Of a stretch of DNA of 64,000 bases, positions 39,018 through 49,305 are shown piece by piece. The notes below the pieces were generated by a model. It was not told the DNA's origin, did not search any database, and was given only the letters and a program-made list of their open reading frames with translations. Position numbers and translations under genes: made by a program. Each line of letters opens with the position of its first letter. Within the stretch, counting starts at the first letter, position 1. The stretch is taken from the NCBI GenBank assembly GCA_036229005.1, contig JAZAMN010000054.1:1-64000 (forward strand), read 5' to 3'. The DNA is from Myxococcota bacterium. GTDB lineage: Bacteria; Myxococcota_A; UBA796; CAJQPC01.

Positions 39018-39815
39018 TCAGCCGCCCAACACGTAGGCCACCCGCAGGCGGCCCGTGTAGATGTAGCCGGGAGCGGTGTAGAACTCGCCAGCCAGGTCCA
39101 GCTTGTCCATGACCCGGGCCTGGGCGCCCACCGAGGCGGTGAGGCCGAAGTAGGGCTGCTCGTTGACGGCCAGGTAGGCGTCGTCGCCGATGACGAAGAA
39201 GGTGCTGACGTCGGTGAAGCCCACGGCGGCGTAGGGGGTGACCTTGTCGGTGGCCAGCCCGTACATCGCGTCCACGCCGAAGGTGGAGCCCGAGTAGAAG
39301 TCGTCGTAGGCGGGGTCCCCGTCCACGAAGGGGGTGGCGATCTCGGCGACGGTCTTCATGAGGGTGGCGTGGCCGCGGAGGCCGACCTGGTGCTTGTCCG
39401 CGACGGTCATGCCCGCGCCGAGCTCGCCGGAGACGATGACGTTGCGGGTGCCGAAGAGGGTCACGGGCGGGACGTAGCCGGCGCCGCCGTAGAGGGTCAC
39501 CGGGCCCAGCTCCGGGAAGGAGAAGGTCATGCGCGGGCGGGGCGCGATGGGGGCCTTGTTGGTGTCCTCGGTCTTGGTGGAGTTGAGCACCAGGCGCTGC
39601 TCGCAGGACAGGGGCGGGATGCCCAGGATCTCCACTCCGATGCTGCCGGTGCCCGCCTCGCTGGGGATGGGCGCGTGCAGCGGGGACGCCGTGGTGGCCA
39701 GGGCGAAGTAGTTCATCAGGAAGTCCTGCTGACCCTGATCATCGAGCTTCTGGGTGACGCCCTCGCAGGCGGGGTCCACGGAGGCGAAGGCCGTGGTCAT
39801 CATCAAGAGCAGCAT
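39018..39815 (-). CDS. Exported protein, probable outer-membrane beta-barrel
   Basis: Short signal ending AFA. Alternating Gly/aromatic strands. TGATG coupling to the upstream gene. Confidence 0.55.
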   Translation of the reverse strand: MLLLMMTTAFASVDPACEGVTQKLDDQGQQDFLMNYFALATTASPLHAPIPSEAGTGSIGVEILGIPPLSCEQRLVLNSTKTEDTNKAPIAPRPRMTFSFPELGPVTLYGGAGYVPPVTLFGTRNVIVSGELGAGMTVADKHQVGLRGHATLMKTVAEIATPFVDGDPAYDDFYSGSTFGVDAMYGLATDKVTPYAAVGFTDVSTFFVIGDDAYLAVNEQPYFGLTASVGAQARVMDKLDLAGEFYTAPGYIYTGRLRVAYVLGG

Positions 39816-40222
39816 CAGCGCGCCTCACAGTCGGTGGTGGCACCGTCGTCGATCCATTGAGCGAGCACGTCCAGCTCGTCGGCGTCCAGGCCGTCGCTGC
39901 CCAGGGGCATCGCGGCGCCCGCGTCTCCCTGCTCCCCCGCGCACTTGGCGTAGAGGAAGCTGGCGTCCGCGTCCCCGGGGACCACGAAGGTCTCCTCCGG
40001 GTAGGAGTCGGAGGCCACATCCACGACATCGGCGATGTCGGTGAGCTCGGGGTAGCTGGCGTTGGCGCCGTGGCAGGTCAGGCACTTGGCGTCCATCAGC
40101 TCCTGCACGCCGCAGTAGTCGGGGGTCAGGCCGCTGGTCTCAGCGGGCTCGGGGAGGTTGATCTCGTCATCACAGGCGACCAGCATCAGCAGGGCGCCTG
40201 CGGCCATCAGGCCAGCTCGCAT
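39815..40222 (-). CDS. Monoheme c-type cytochrome lipoprotein
   Basis: LVAC lipobox, CLTCH, VVPGDADASFLY, MP, WIDDGA. Confidence 0.8.
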   Translation of the reverse strand: MRAGLMAAGALLMLVACDDEINLPEPAETSGLTPDYCGVQELMDAKCLTCHGANASYPELTDIADVVDVASDSYPEETFVVPGDADASFLYAKCAGEQGDAGAAMPLGSDGLDADELDVLAQWIDDGATTDCEAR

Positions 40223-40316
40223 GGGGCATCTCCAGTCTGCTTTGGAGACTACCGGATTCCACTGGAGGGCTCCGGTTACACGCGCTTAAAGCTGCGGATC
40301 AGCCCGCCGCGGGGCC

Positions 40317-41465
40317 TCACCAGCCCATGTGCAGCCACAGGCTCACGGGCACGTCCCAGCCGGCCTGCAGGCGCCAGTCCACGCCGGCCTGCGCGCCCAC
40401 GGAGAGCTGCTCGGAGAGGGCGTAGTCGGCCTGCACGCGCCCCCCCACCACCAGGTCCTGGTAGGAGATGCCGCGGGCGGCCTCCCAGCGCGTGCTGCCG
40501 GTGGTCTTGAGGTCCAGGCGGCGGCTCGGGGACACCGCGTAGGAGCCCGCGACCTTGTGGAAGGCCAGGTAGGGGGCGTACCAGCTATCCTCCAGGCCCT
40601 TGGTGTAGCCCAGCGAGAGGCGCTGGTGCCGGGTGGGGCTCCAGACGGCGGCCACGTTGCCGATGACGCCGTCGATGGGGGTGGTCGACACCACGCCGCC
40701 GTCCCGGAGCTGTGAGAAGCCGACCGCGGCGTTGATGACCAGCGGGTAGTCCACCCGGCCGAAGATGCCGAGCTGCGCGTTCCAGCCCCAGCCGGGGAGC
40801 TGGGTGCCGGCCCAGGCGTAGGCCTCGGCGCCGCCAGAGAGCACCAGATCGGTGCGGGGGAAGAAGGACCAGCGGATCTCCGCGTCCCCGCCCCCGGCCA
40901 CGCGGGTGTTCGTGCTGGTGGGCACCAGGTAGCTCAGAGTGCCGACGCTGACGTTGTAGTTGTCGACCTGCCCGCGGCCCAGGAGCTGGAGGCGCAGCGC
41001 GCCGCCGCCGGGGGTGTAGCGCACGCCCGCCTGGGTGATGGAGCGCTGGCGCACCGTGAGGCCCTTGCCGTCAGCCAGCGCCAGGGAGCTGGGGGCCAGG
41101 CTGTGCTTGCGCTGGGCCTGCTCCCGAACGACCACCTGCAGCGGACGCCGGGGCCGCAGCAGCAGGGTGGTGTCCAGGTCCAGGTCGGTGCGGGAGAGCT
41201 GCCAGGCGGCGACATCGTCCCCCAGCACCAGCAGCACCTGCCGCCGGGTGGCGACGCCCGTGAGCCCCAGCGTGAAGTCCGGGGTCTCCCAGCGCAGGTC
41301 CACGCCCGGCCGCAGGAGCAGGCCCGCGGCGGGCTTGGGGTTGCCCGGGGTCCGGTAGACGTTGGGGGTGAAGGTGGCCCCCAGGTCGACGTAGGGGGAG
41401 ACCGTCAGGCCTTTGGCCGAGATGCCCTCGCTGGCCTGGGCCAGCGCGCAAAGAATCAAGAACAT
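40317..41465 (-). CDS. Probable outer-membrane beta-barrel protein
   Basis: Short signal ending AQA. Amphipathic strands. C-terminal Trp. Confidence 0.6.
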   Translation of the reverse strand: MFLILCALAQASEGISAKGLTVSPYVDLGATFTPNVYRTPGNPKPAAGLLLRPGVDLRWETPDFTLGLTGVATRRQVLLVLGDDVAAWQLSRTDLDLDTTLLLRPRRPLQVVVREQAQRKHSLAPSSLALADGKGLTVRQRSITQAGVRYTPGGGALRLQLLGRGQVDNYNVSVGTLSYLVPTSTNTRVAGGGDAEIRWSFFPRTDLVLSGGAEAYAWAGTQLPGWGWNAQLGIFGRVDYPLVINAAVGFSQLRDGGVVSTTPIDGVIGNVAAVWSPTRHQRLSLGYTKGLEDSWYAPYLAFHKVAGSYAVSPSRRLDLKTTGSTRWEAARGISYQDLVVGGRVQADYALSEQLSVGAQAGVDWRLQAGWDVPVSLWLHMGW

Positions 41466-41520
41466 GGAGTGACCCTATGACCCTTGGACACCCCGGACCG
41501 CTCAGGGCGCTACCGGACGA

Positions 41521-41913
41521 TCACCCGCGGAGGGCGTCCGCTGCTGCGCTCAGGGCGGCGTGGGCCTTCTGGGCCACCGGATCCAGGCTGGGCAGGTCGG
41601 TCACATGGAACATCTCCTTGGGGGAGATGATGGCGACCTCGGTGCCCTGCTCCAGCTCCCGCAGGATGACGTTGCAGGGCAGCAGCAGGCCCACCAGCGG
41701 CTCGGTGTGGAGCGCCTCCCAGGCCAGGCCGGGGTTGCAGGCGCCCAGCAGCTTGTAGCCGCCCATCTCGCGGTCCAGCTTGGCCTTCATGGTGGCCTGG
41801 ATGTCGACCTCGGTGAGCACGCCGAAGCCCTGCTCCTTGAGGGCGGCGCGCACGCGCTGCTCGGCCGCATCCATGTCCATCTCCAGCATCACCTTGATCG
41901 CAAACTGTTCCAT
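41521..41913 (-). CDS. DUF302 protein
   Basis: LKEQGFGVLTEVD, LGACNP, GLLLPCN. Confidence 0.9.
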   Translation of the reverse strand: MEQFAIKVMLEMDMDAAEQRVRAALKEQGFGVLTEVDIQATMKAKLDREMGGYKLLGACNPGLAWEALHTEPLVGLLLPCNVILRELEQGTEVAIISPKEMFHVTDLPSLDPVAQKAHAALSAAADALRG

Positions 41914-41955
41914 TTCAAGCCTCCTGAGGGGGTCATGGTCAGCTATATCGGTGGC

Positions 41956-42978
41956 ATGTGGATGCTGCTTCTGGCCTTGGGCGACAGGTGTGATCTCGAT
42001 CCGGAAACGCTGGACTACAGCCAGCCTGAGCACTGGATCTGCCGACCTGGACAGGATGACCTCTGCTCGGCGCCGCCACCCGTTCTCCAGGTGGACCTGC
42101 AGGGCGATGTCCAGGAGGTGGAGGTCCCCGTCGCGGACACCGGGATCGACTGCTTCTTCGTCTACCCGACCATGGACATGCGCCTGGCGGTCGGGCTCCA
42201 CAAGGACGCCACCGACCTGGAGGACGAGCAGCGCATCACCCTGTGGCAGGCCGCCCACATGGGGCAGGTCTGCGAGGTCTGGGCGCCCGTCTACCGCCAG
42301 GTCACCATCGGCACCTACTTCCGCCGGGAGAAGCGCGCCGAGCCCTGCCTGGACTCCGCCTACGACGACGTGCTGGCCGCCTTCGAGGCCTACCTGGCCG
42401 CCTCGGACCGCCCCTTCATCCTGGCCGGCCACTCCCAGGGCGCCCACCACATCACCCGCCTGCTGGACGAGCGGATCGCCGACGACCCCGCCCTGCGCGA
42501 GCGCCTGGTGGTGGCCTGGCCCATCGGCAGCCCCCGCCCCGAGACCGAGCAGTTCCCGCTGTGCAGTGACAGCGCCGAGCCCGGCTGCGTGATGGCCTTC
42601 CGCAGCTACCTGGACGGCAACCCCCTCCCCGAGCTGGGCAGCCCCAGCCAGTGCGTGAACCCCGCCGCCCCCGGCAGCCTGGACTGGCAGCCCCTGCCCG
42701 ACGTCCTGCTCCCCACCGTCCCCGAGCGGCCCACCCCCGCCGAAGTTGAGCCCGCGCTCACCACCCTGCTGCGCTACCCCGAGGGCTTCTCCGCCCGCTG
42801 CCAGAGCGACGACGAGGGCCACGCCGGGCTCCAGGTGCGCTGGGATGGCCCCCCCGACCAGGACCCGCTGCGCGGCGTCGAGGGCCTGGACAGTGTGGTC
42901 GCCGGCGCCCACATCCTGGACTTCGCGTTCGGGCTCTACCCCCTGATGGACGACCTCAAGAGGCGGAGGCTCCCGTGA
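41956..42978 (+). CDS. DUF3089 alpha/beta hydrolase-like protein
   Basis: DCFFVYPT, APVYRQ, AYDDVLAAF, GHSQG, CVNP, H..D. Confidence 0.88.
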   Translation: MWMLLLALGDRCDLDPETLDYSQPEHWICRPGQDDLCSAPPPVLQVDLQGDVQEVEVPVADTGIDCFFVYPTMDMRLAVGLHKDATDLEDEQRITLWQAAHMGQVCEVWAPVYRQVTIGTYFRREKRAEPCLDSAYDDVLAAFEAYLAASDRPFILAGHSQGAHHITRLLDERIADDPALRERLVVAWPIGSPRPETEQFPLCSDSAEPGCVMAFRSYLDGNPLPELGSPSQCVNPAAPGSLDWQPLPDVLLPTVPERPTPAEVEPALTTLLRYPEGFSARCQSDDEGHAGLQVRWDGPPDQDPLRGVEGLDSVVAGAHILDFAFGLYPLMDDLKRRRLP

Positions 42979-43754
42979 TCCTGCTGCTGCTGGCCTGCAC
43001 CCCCACCGAGCTGAACCCCGGCACCGGCCCCTGCGTCTGGAACCAGGCCTACCAGGAGGACGAAGACGCGGCCCCCGACAGCCTCTCGGCGATGCTCGCA
43101 CAGGCCCAGGACTGCTACACGCTGGTCGACCCCTTTGACGAGGAGAGTGAGTCGGCGGTCGAAGCGGCCATCCCCACCCTCCAGGCCTCTGGGAACCAGG
43201 TCGGCTGCTATGTGTCGGTGGGCACCTGCGAGGACTGGCGCAGCGACTACGACGCGCTCTCCCCCTACTGCGTCGACCAGGCCTGGGACGCCTGGGAGGG
43301 TGAGTACTTTGTGTCCGACACCGTCGGCATCCTCCCGGGCATGAAGGCCCGCCTGGACGCCGCGGCCGAGCTGGGCTGCGACTGGGTGGAGCTGGACAAC
43401 ATGGACTGGGCCCAGGACGACGAGGTGTCCGAGTCCACCGGCGTCAGCGAGGACCAGTCCCGGGAGTACGCCGAGGCCATCTGCGCCCACGCCGACAGCC
43501 TGGGCATGCAGTGCATGGGCAAGTCCAGCACCCTGGGCCTGGAGCTGAGCGGCCTGACCGTCGAGAGCTACCCCCGCGAGCAGGACTGGTGGGAGCACAG
43601 CGAGCTGCAGGGCGTGCTGGACCGCGGCGGCCTGGGCATCGTGGTGCACTACCAGGAGGGCGACTGCGCGGCGGTCGCCAACGAGTACCGGGCCTCCTAC
43701 GGCTCGGACCTGTCCGTCATCTGTGAGGAGGACGGGGAGTACCTGCACCTGTGA
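42975..43754 (+). CDS. GH114-like (endo-alpha-1,4-polygalactosaminidase) lipoprotein
   Basis: CYVSVGTCEDWRSD, WEGEYF, GCDWVELDNMD. Confidence 0.8.
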   Translation: MILLLLACTPTELNPGTGPCVWNQAYQEDEDAAPDSLSAMLAQAQDCYTLVDPFDEESESAVEAAIPTLQASGNQVGCYVSVGTCEDWRSDYDALSPYCVDQAWDAWEGEYFVSDTVGILPGMKARLDAAAELGCDWVELDNMDWAQDDEVSESTGVSEDQSREYAEAICAHADSLGMQCMGKSSTLGLELSGLTVESYPREQDWWEHSELQGVLDRGGLGIVVHYQEGDCAAVANEYRASYGSDLSVICEEDGEYLHL

Positions 43755-43760
43755 GGCGGC

Positions 43761-44711
43761 TCAGCGCTTGAGCCCCCACCCCACGCTGCACTGCGTCCCC
43801 ACCCCCACCCGCTGTACGAGCTGCACACCCTCGGTGTCCTGGAGCACGGGGACCTGGGCACTCACAACGCAGGCGACCGCAGGGAGCACGCGCACGGCGG
43901 CCTGGCCCTGGATGCCCAGCTCGCGGCGCTGACCGACACGCAGGGTGGTTGGCAGACCGGTGTCCTCGTCGGTGGTCTCGATGCGGTCACGGGTGTGCAG
44001 GGAGCCGGATGCCAACAGGGTGAGCTGCCAGCGGTCCTTGCGCCCAAGACCCACTGCTGGCCCGGTCCTCAGGGAGAGGTCCCGCCCCCACCAGATCTCG
44101 TCGGGGGTGTAGCCGACGGGCTGCTGGAAGCTGGCGGCCGCCACCCAGGAAAGGCCCCCGAGCTTGACCCGGCCGCTGGCGGCTGCGGACAGGGCGAAGC
44201 TGCCAGAGCCCAAAGACGCGCGGGTGTCGTAGGTGGTCAGGTAGTAGGCGCCGTCCTGCTGCTCGATGTCGGTGACCGAGAAGCTGGCCTTCTGGTTGTA
44301 GTGGCCGGTGGGCACGCGCAGCGCGAGGGAGGCCTGGCCGGCGAACAGGGACTTGCGGCGGCCAAAGCCCTGAGAGGCGACGAGCTGCAGATCCCCCAGG
44401 CCCACGGAGCCCTGCTCGTCCTGGAGGACCTGGCCGGTGGGGAGCGAGAGCTGGAGCGCCGTGCGGGAGGGCAGGCGCACCCCCACAGTGGGCGTGAGGG
44501 TCTGGACCAGGACGCTGGCGGTCGCTGCGTCGCCCATGGACTGGCCGTCGCGCAGCACCCGGGAGAAGTCGGAGAAGCCGTAGCGCAGGGCGGCCTCGGC
44601 CCGGGGGAGCGGGAGGCTCAGGCCCACGGTGCTCGCGGTCTGCAGGGGGTCGTCGCCCACCCGACCGACGGCGACGTCGTGGTGGGCCAGCATCAGGGCC
44701 AGCGGCAGCAC
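43761..44711 (-). CDS. Outer-membrane transporter-like beta-barrel (MetA-pathway/phenol-degradation type)
   Basis: GLGD, RVPTG, LGSGS motifs. Last gene of the mbnPH operon. Confidence 0.65.
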   Translation of the reverse strand: MLPLALMLAHHDVAVGRVGDDPLQTASTVGLSLPLPRAEAALRYGFSDFSRVLRDGQSMGDAATASVLVQTLTPTVGVRLPSRTALQLSLPTGQVLQDEQGSVGLGDLQLVASQGFGRRKSLFAGQASLALRVPTGHYNQKASFSVTDIEQQDGAYYLTTYDTRASLGSGSFALSAAASGRVKLGGLSWVAAASFQQPVGYTPDEIWWGRDLSLRTGPAVGLGRKDRWQLTLLASGSLHTRDRIETTDEDTGLPTTLRVGQRRELGIQGQAAVRVLPAVACVVSAQVPVLQDTEGVQLVQRVGVGTQCSVGWGLKR

Positions 44712-44714
44712 GGC

Positions 44715-45830
44715 TCAGTCCTGGTAGGGGTCGGAGAAGGCCGGGTTGGTCAGGAACTCCGGGTCGGTGAGGGCGCCCAGAAACGCCACCAGGTCCTCGC
44801 GCTCCTGATCGGTCAGCGAGAAGCCCGCGACCAGACCGGACTTGAGGGGTGAGAGGGCCCCATCTCCGGCGTAGGGCCCCTCCTCGATCAGCCGGCCGCC
44901 GCGCTCGTAGATGGCGATGACCTCCTCGAGCGTCTCGACGCTGCCGTCGTGCATGTAGGGCGCGGTGACGGCCACGTTCCGCAGGCTGGGCGCCCGGAAG
45001 CGGCCCATGTCGGCGGGGTCGCGGGTGACCTCGTAGACGCCGGGGTTGTTGCCCGGGTAGCCGCCCTCGCCGTCGATGTTGTAGAGCCCGGTGTTCTGGA
45101 AGAGCGAGGCGTCGAAGGCGCTGCCCTCGTGCACGCTGGCCTCGGTGAAGTTGAAGCCGCCGTGGCAGTGGTGGCACTCCAGATCTTCGGAGAAGAACAG
45201 GGCCAGCCCGCGCAGCTCCGAGTCGCTCAGGGCGCTCGCGTCCCCCTGGTAGGTGAACTGGTCGAAGGGCGAGTTGCCCGAGATCAGCGCGCGGTTGAAG
45301 CTCGCCAGCCCCTGCAGGATGCGGTCCCAGGCGATGGGGTCGGCGTCGTCCGGGAAGGCGGCCTCGAAGCGCGCGACCATCTCGGGGTCGGCGGCCAGGC
45401 GCTCCAGGATCTCGTCCTGGTAGGGCCCCGCCCCCATCTCCACCGGCGCGTCCCCAAAGAGCGGGGTCAGGTGCTGGTCCTCCAGCTCGGTGAGGATGGG
45501 GTTGGCCCAGGTCAGGGTGGCGTTGTAGCCGACGTTGACCAGGCTGTTGGCGTTGCGGACGTGCTCTTCGCCCGTGGAGCCCAGCCCCACGGTGCGGCCG
45601 TCGGTGAACGCGAGCTCCTGCAGGTGACAGGACCCGCAGCTCTGGGTCTCGTTGCCCGAGAGGCGGGTGTCGTAGAAGAGGTAGCGCCCCAGCTCCACCT
45701 TCTCGGCGGTGAGGGGGTTGTCCTCGGGCACGCGCAGCTCGGGGAAGCCCTCGGGGATCACCACGGCCGGCGCCGCTCCGGTGTCCGTCTCGGCATCCTT
45801 GCAGGCCAGCGTGGCGAGGACGAGCAGCAT
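44715..45830 (-). CDS. mbnH: MbnH-family di-heme enzyme (bCcP/MauG superfamily)
   Basis: LGRYLFYD.RLS, CGSCH, CHHCH, FRAPSLRNVAVTAPYMHDGS, NPAFSDP. Directly downstream of the MbnP gene. Confidence 0.88.
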   Translation of the reverse strand: MLLVLATLACKDAETDTGAAPAVVIPEGFPELRVPEDNPLTAEKVELGRYLFYDTRLSGNETQSCGSCHLQELAFTDGRTVGLGSTGEEHVRNANSLVNVGYNATLTWANPILTELEDQHLTPLFGDAPVEMGAGPYQDEILERLAADPEMVARFEAAFPDDADPIAWDRILQGLASFNRALISGNSPFDQFTYQGDASALSDSELRGLALFFSEDLECHHCHGGFNFTEASVHEGSAFDASLFQNTGLYNIDGEGGYPGNNPGVYEVTRDPADMGRFRAPSLRNVAVTAPYMHDGSVETLEEVIAIYERGGRLIEEGPYAGDGALSPLKSGLVAGFSLTDQEREDLVAFLGALTDPEFLTNPAFSDPYQD

Positions 45831-46681
45831 CACTCCGCCCCGAACACGCTCTGGGCGCCGCAGTCCGACACGCAGAGGCCCGTGGAGAAGTCCATGCCCA
45901 GCGACTCCCAGATGGGGCCGCAGTCGTCCGGCTCCGACGGGGCGCTCATGCAGCCCGGGGGGGTGTCCGCGGTGTCGGCGCCCAGGTCCAGGTCCGCCAC
46001 CAGCTCGGCCAGGTCCACGGAGACCACCTGGGTCTCGGGGTCGAAGCCGGACAGCTCGACGGTGGCGCGGTTGGGGTTGCTGCACTCTTCCGTCGGGGGC
46101 GAAGTCGCAGCGTCGCTGGTGCAGCCGGTGGAGCCCACGTGCATGTTCGAGCGCAGCACGGTCTCACCCTGAACGCTCCAGTCCACCCGGACGAACTTGT
46201 AGCCGCCCTGCCAGGACCAGAACATGCCCGGCGAGTTCAGGGGGGCGTCCGCGGTCGCGTTGTCCAGGTGGTTGTGCTCAAAGGGCACGCCCACCACAAA
46301 GCGCAGGCCGCTGTAATCGCCCTCCGCGATGCTGCCGACGATCTGGCTGTTCAGGTCCGCGTTGCCGCTGTCCGCGCAAGCACCGCTACCGTCCTCGAAG
46401 TCCATCAGGGCGATGTCGTGGACCTGCCACTTGCCGTCCTGCTCCAGGTCCATCGCGACCCACTCACCGTCGGCGTTCTGCAGCTCGACGCCGGAGATGA
46501 AGAAGCGGGCGTCCGCGAGCTGGGCCGTCGCCTCCCCGCTGCCCACGCTGTAGGCGGTCGCGCAGGACACGGGCTCCCCGCCCACGGTGGCGGCGAACTC
46601 CAGGGTCAGGTCCTGGGTGGTGACGCCGCTGTCGACGGGATCCTTGTCGCAGGCGGTCAGGGTCAGGAAGAAGGCGAGCAT
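45830..46681 (-). CDS. mbnP: MbnP-family copper-binding protein (metallo-mystery pair, four-Cys type)
   Basis: DFEDGSGAC, GVPFEHNH, MFWSWQGGYKF (WxW), HVGSTGC, C.NPN, GCMS. Confidence 0.88.
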   Translation of the reverse strand: MLAFFLTLTACDKDPVDSGVTTQDLTLEFAATVGGEPVSCATAYSVGSGEATAQLADARFFISGVELQNADGEWVAMDLEQDGKWQVHDIALMDFEDGSGACADSGNADLNSQIVGSIAEGDYSGLRFVVGVPFEHNHLDNATADAPLNSPGMFWSWQGGYKFVRVDWSVQGETVLRSNMHVGSTGCTSDAATSPPTEECSNPNRATVELSGFDPETQVVSVDLAELVADLDLGADTADTPPGCMSAPSEPDDCGPIWESLGMDFSTGLCVSDCGAQSVFGAE

Positions 46682-46777
46682 AGGAACGACTCCGATTACC
46701 CGCCCTCTATACGGCAGCGCGACCGCTGGCTGTATGTGGCAAAGGGTCGCGCCCGGCGACGGGCTCCCAGTGTGCCT

Positions 46778-47563
46778 TCAGCCGCCGAACTCCGCTGCCA
46801 GGACCGGCTTGCCCAGGACCTGGCCCCGCATCGTGATGCGCACGGGGTCCTCTCCGGCCGCCCCAGCGATCACCATCAGGGGGAGGAGGTGCTCTTCCCG
46901 CGGGTGACTGGAGCGCCCACCGGGAGCATTGGCCCAGTTCTTCAAGCTCTGCCACCGCTCCATCGGCGAGGACAGGCTGTCCGCGAGCCACTGGTCGAAG
47001 GCCTGGGCCGCGGCCTGGCCCCCGGGGCTGAAGAAGCCGCCCATGTTGTGGTAGCTCATGCCGCTGCCCAGGATGAGCACGCCCTCCTCGCGCAGCGGGG
47101 CCAGAGCGCGGCCCAGCTCCAGGTGCGCGGCGGGGTCCAGGCCAAAGATCAGCGAGAGCTGCACGACGGGGATGTCCATCTTGGGCCAGGAGACGGCCAG
47201 CGGCACGAAGGCACCGTGGTCCAGGCCGCGCTCGGCCTCCTCGGCGGAGTCGATGCCGGCGGCGCCCAGCAGCTCCCGCACCCGCGCCGCGAGCGCGGGG
47301 CTGCCGGGGGCGCGCCAGCTCAGGTTGTAGGTGTCCGCCGGGAAGCCGCCGTAGTCGTAGAGCAGGCCGGGCTGGGCCGCCGTGGTGACCGTGGGCTTGC
47401 GCTCCTCCCAGTGGGCGCTGACCACCAGGATGGCCTTGGGGGCGGGCAGCGAAGCGGGCAGGGCCTCCAGGTAGCGCCGGAGCTGGGCGTGGGGCTCCTG
47501 CCAGGCGGGCACCCAAGGCCAGGGGCCGCCGCCGTGGGGGATGTACACGGTGGGAAAGGACAT
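46778..47563 (-). CDS. DODA/LigB-type extradiol ring-cleavage dioxygenase
   Basis: HGGGP, SAHWE, YDYGGFP, GLDHG, GSGMSYHN, HPREEHLLPL. Confidence 0.93.
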   Translation of the reverse strand: MSFPTVYIPHGGGPWPWVPAWQEPHAQLRRYLEALPASLPAPKAILVVSAHWEERKPTVTTAAQPGLLYDYGGFPADTYNLSWRAPGSPALAARVRELLGAAGIDSAEEAERGLDHGAFVPLAVSWPKMDIPVVQLSLIFGLDPAAHLELGRALAPLREEGVLILGSGMSYHNMGGFFSPGGQAAAQAFDQWLADSLSSPMERWQSLKNWANAPGGRSSHPREEHLLPLMVIAGAAGEDPVRITMRGQVLGKPVLAAEFGG

Positions 47564-47724
47564 TGTTGACCTCGTTTGCACCCAGTTTATGGTCCAGGCG
47601 CGTGGGAACAAGAGGCCGGAGTGGTGAAGATTGGACCGAAAACAGGACAGTCAGCCCCCTCGGCTCCCAGCATCTCTGGAGCCTCGTGCGCCCGCTGAGG
47701 GCCGCGCCGCCCTACAATCCGCCC

Positions 47725-48639
47725 ATGAACTTTCGGAACCCGGACTTCTCCCTTCGCCAGCTCCAGTACGCCCTGGCCATCGAGCAGGAGGGCAGCTTTG
47801 GCAAGGCGGCGCGGGCCTGTGGGGTGTCCCAGCCCTCGCTGAGCGCGCAGGTCGCCAAGCTGGAGGAGGCGCTGGGGGTGCAGCTCTTTGACCGCCAGCC
47901 CCGCAGCACCCTCCCCACGGCCGACGGCAAGCTGCTGCTGGACCGCATGCGCGGCCTGCTGGGGGATCTGAAGGCGCTGGAGCAGCACGCTCAGGAGCTG
48001 CGCAACCCCTGGGGGACCCCGCTGCGCGTGGGCGTGATCCCCACCATCGCCCCCTACCTGCTGCCCCGGGTCGTGCCCCGTCTGGCCAGCGGCCCACACC
48101 CTCTGCGCATCCACTGGGTGGAGCTGCAGACCGCCGCCTGCGAGCGCTCGCTGGCCGAACACGAGCTGGACGCCATCGTGATCGCCGACCCCAGCACCCG
48201 CGCGGGCACCGAGTCGCTGGAGCTGGGCTGGGAGGACTTCCACCTGCTGCTGCCCTTGGACCACCCCTTCCAGGGGCCCGCAACGAGCTGCGATCTGACC
48301 CGCTTTGAGCTGCTGCTGCTGGAGGAGGGCCACTGCCTGCGCGACCACACGCTGGAGGTCTGCACCCTGGACCGCGTGCGGGAGTCGCCGTTCCGCGCGA
48401 CCTCGCTGCCCACGCTCACGCAGATGGTGGCCCAGGGCTTGGGGTGCAGCGTGCTGCCGACCAGCGCGGTGAGGCTGGAGACGTCGCGGGCGCCGGTGCG
48501 CACCCTGCCGCTGCAGGACGGCAAGGCGGGGCGGATGCTCAGGCTGATCTGGCGCGCGCAGAGCCCCCGGCTGGAGCCGATCCTGGGCCTGGGCGAGCAC
48601 CTGCGCTCAGCACTGCAGGAGCTCACGGAGGAAGGCTGA
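47725..48639 (+). CDS. oxyR: OxyR-like LysR regulator
   Basis: LysR HTH, GVIPTIAPYLLP, LEEGHCLRDHTLEVC (both redox Cys), ATSL.TL.QMV. Confidence 0.8.
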   Translation: MNFRNPDFSLRQLQYALAIEQEGSFGKAARACGVSQPSLSAQVAKLEEALGVQLFDRQPRSTLPTADGKLLLDRMRGLLGDLKALEQHAQELRNPWGTPLRVGVIPTIAPYLLPRVVPRLASGPHPLRIHWVELQTAACERSLAEHELDAIVIADPSTRAGTESLELGWEDFHLLLPLDHPFQGPATSCDLTRFELLLLEEGHCLRDHTLEVCTLDRVRESPFRATSLPTLTQMVAQGLGCSVLPTSAVRLETSRAPVRTLPLQDGKAGRMLRLIWRAQSPRLEPILGLGEHLRSALQELTEEG

Positions 48640-49305
48640 GTCGGCGGCCTCACGGGCGCGGTGCAGGTCCCCCAGGCGGCGGGCCTGTCCCCCGTCCACC
48701 AGCACCAGCTCGGGCTCCCAGGCCAGCAGATCCCGCAGGTCGTGGGTGACCACCAGGCAGTCCCGACCGGCCATGGCCCCGGCCAGGTGACGGCGCATGG
48801 CGGCCTTGTTCTCGACGTCCAGCGACGCGGTGGGCTCGTCCAGGAGCAGGAGCCGGGGGTCGGTCGCCAGGGCGCGGGCCAGGGCCACGAGCTGGGCCTC
48901 TCCGCCGCTGAGTCCGCGGGTGGAGCGCTCGGCCAGGTGGTCCAGGGAGAGGGACTGGAGCTGGTCGCGGGCCCGGCTGCGACGCGCCGAGCGGCCCCCG
49001 GAGACCCCGAAGCCGACGTTGTCCAGCACGCTCAGGTGGGGGAAGAGTCGGGCGGCCTGGGGCAGGTAGCCGACCCGCCTGTCCTCGGGGGGGCAGTGGA
49101 TCCCAAGGGTGCTGTCGCAGAGCACGCGGTCCCGGTGGTGGGCCCTCCCGGCGAAGTCACCCGATCCCGCAAAGAGCCGAAGCAAGCTACTCTTTCCCGA
49201 CCCATTCGGACCGATGATCGCCACGACGCCCCCGGGCAGCTCCAGGTCCAGCTCCAGGCGGAACGCCCCCCGGCGGAGGGTCCCGCGAAGGCCCAGCTCA
49301 GCCAT
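48607..49305 (-). CDS. modC: Molybdate ABC transporter ATPase (short, no TOBE domain)
   Basis: [26 protein letters not shown]. Confidence 0.88.
   Translation of the reverse strand: MAELGLRGTLRRGAFRLELDLELPGGVVAIIGPNGSGKSSLLRLFAGSGDFAGRAHHRDRVLCDSTLGIHCPPEDRRVGYLPQAARLFPHLSVLDNVGFGVSGGRSARRSRARDQLQSLSLDHLAERSTRGLSGGEAQLVALARALATDPRLLLLDEPTASLDVENKAAMRRHLAGAMAGRDCLVVTHDLRDLLAWEPELVLVDGGQARRLGDLHRAREAADSAFLRELLQC

Noticed and set aside
43761..46681. Methanobactin biosynthesis cluster
   Set aside because: No mbnA precursor or mbnB/mbnC in the window.
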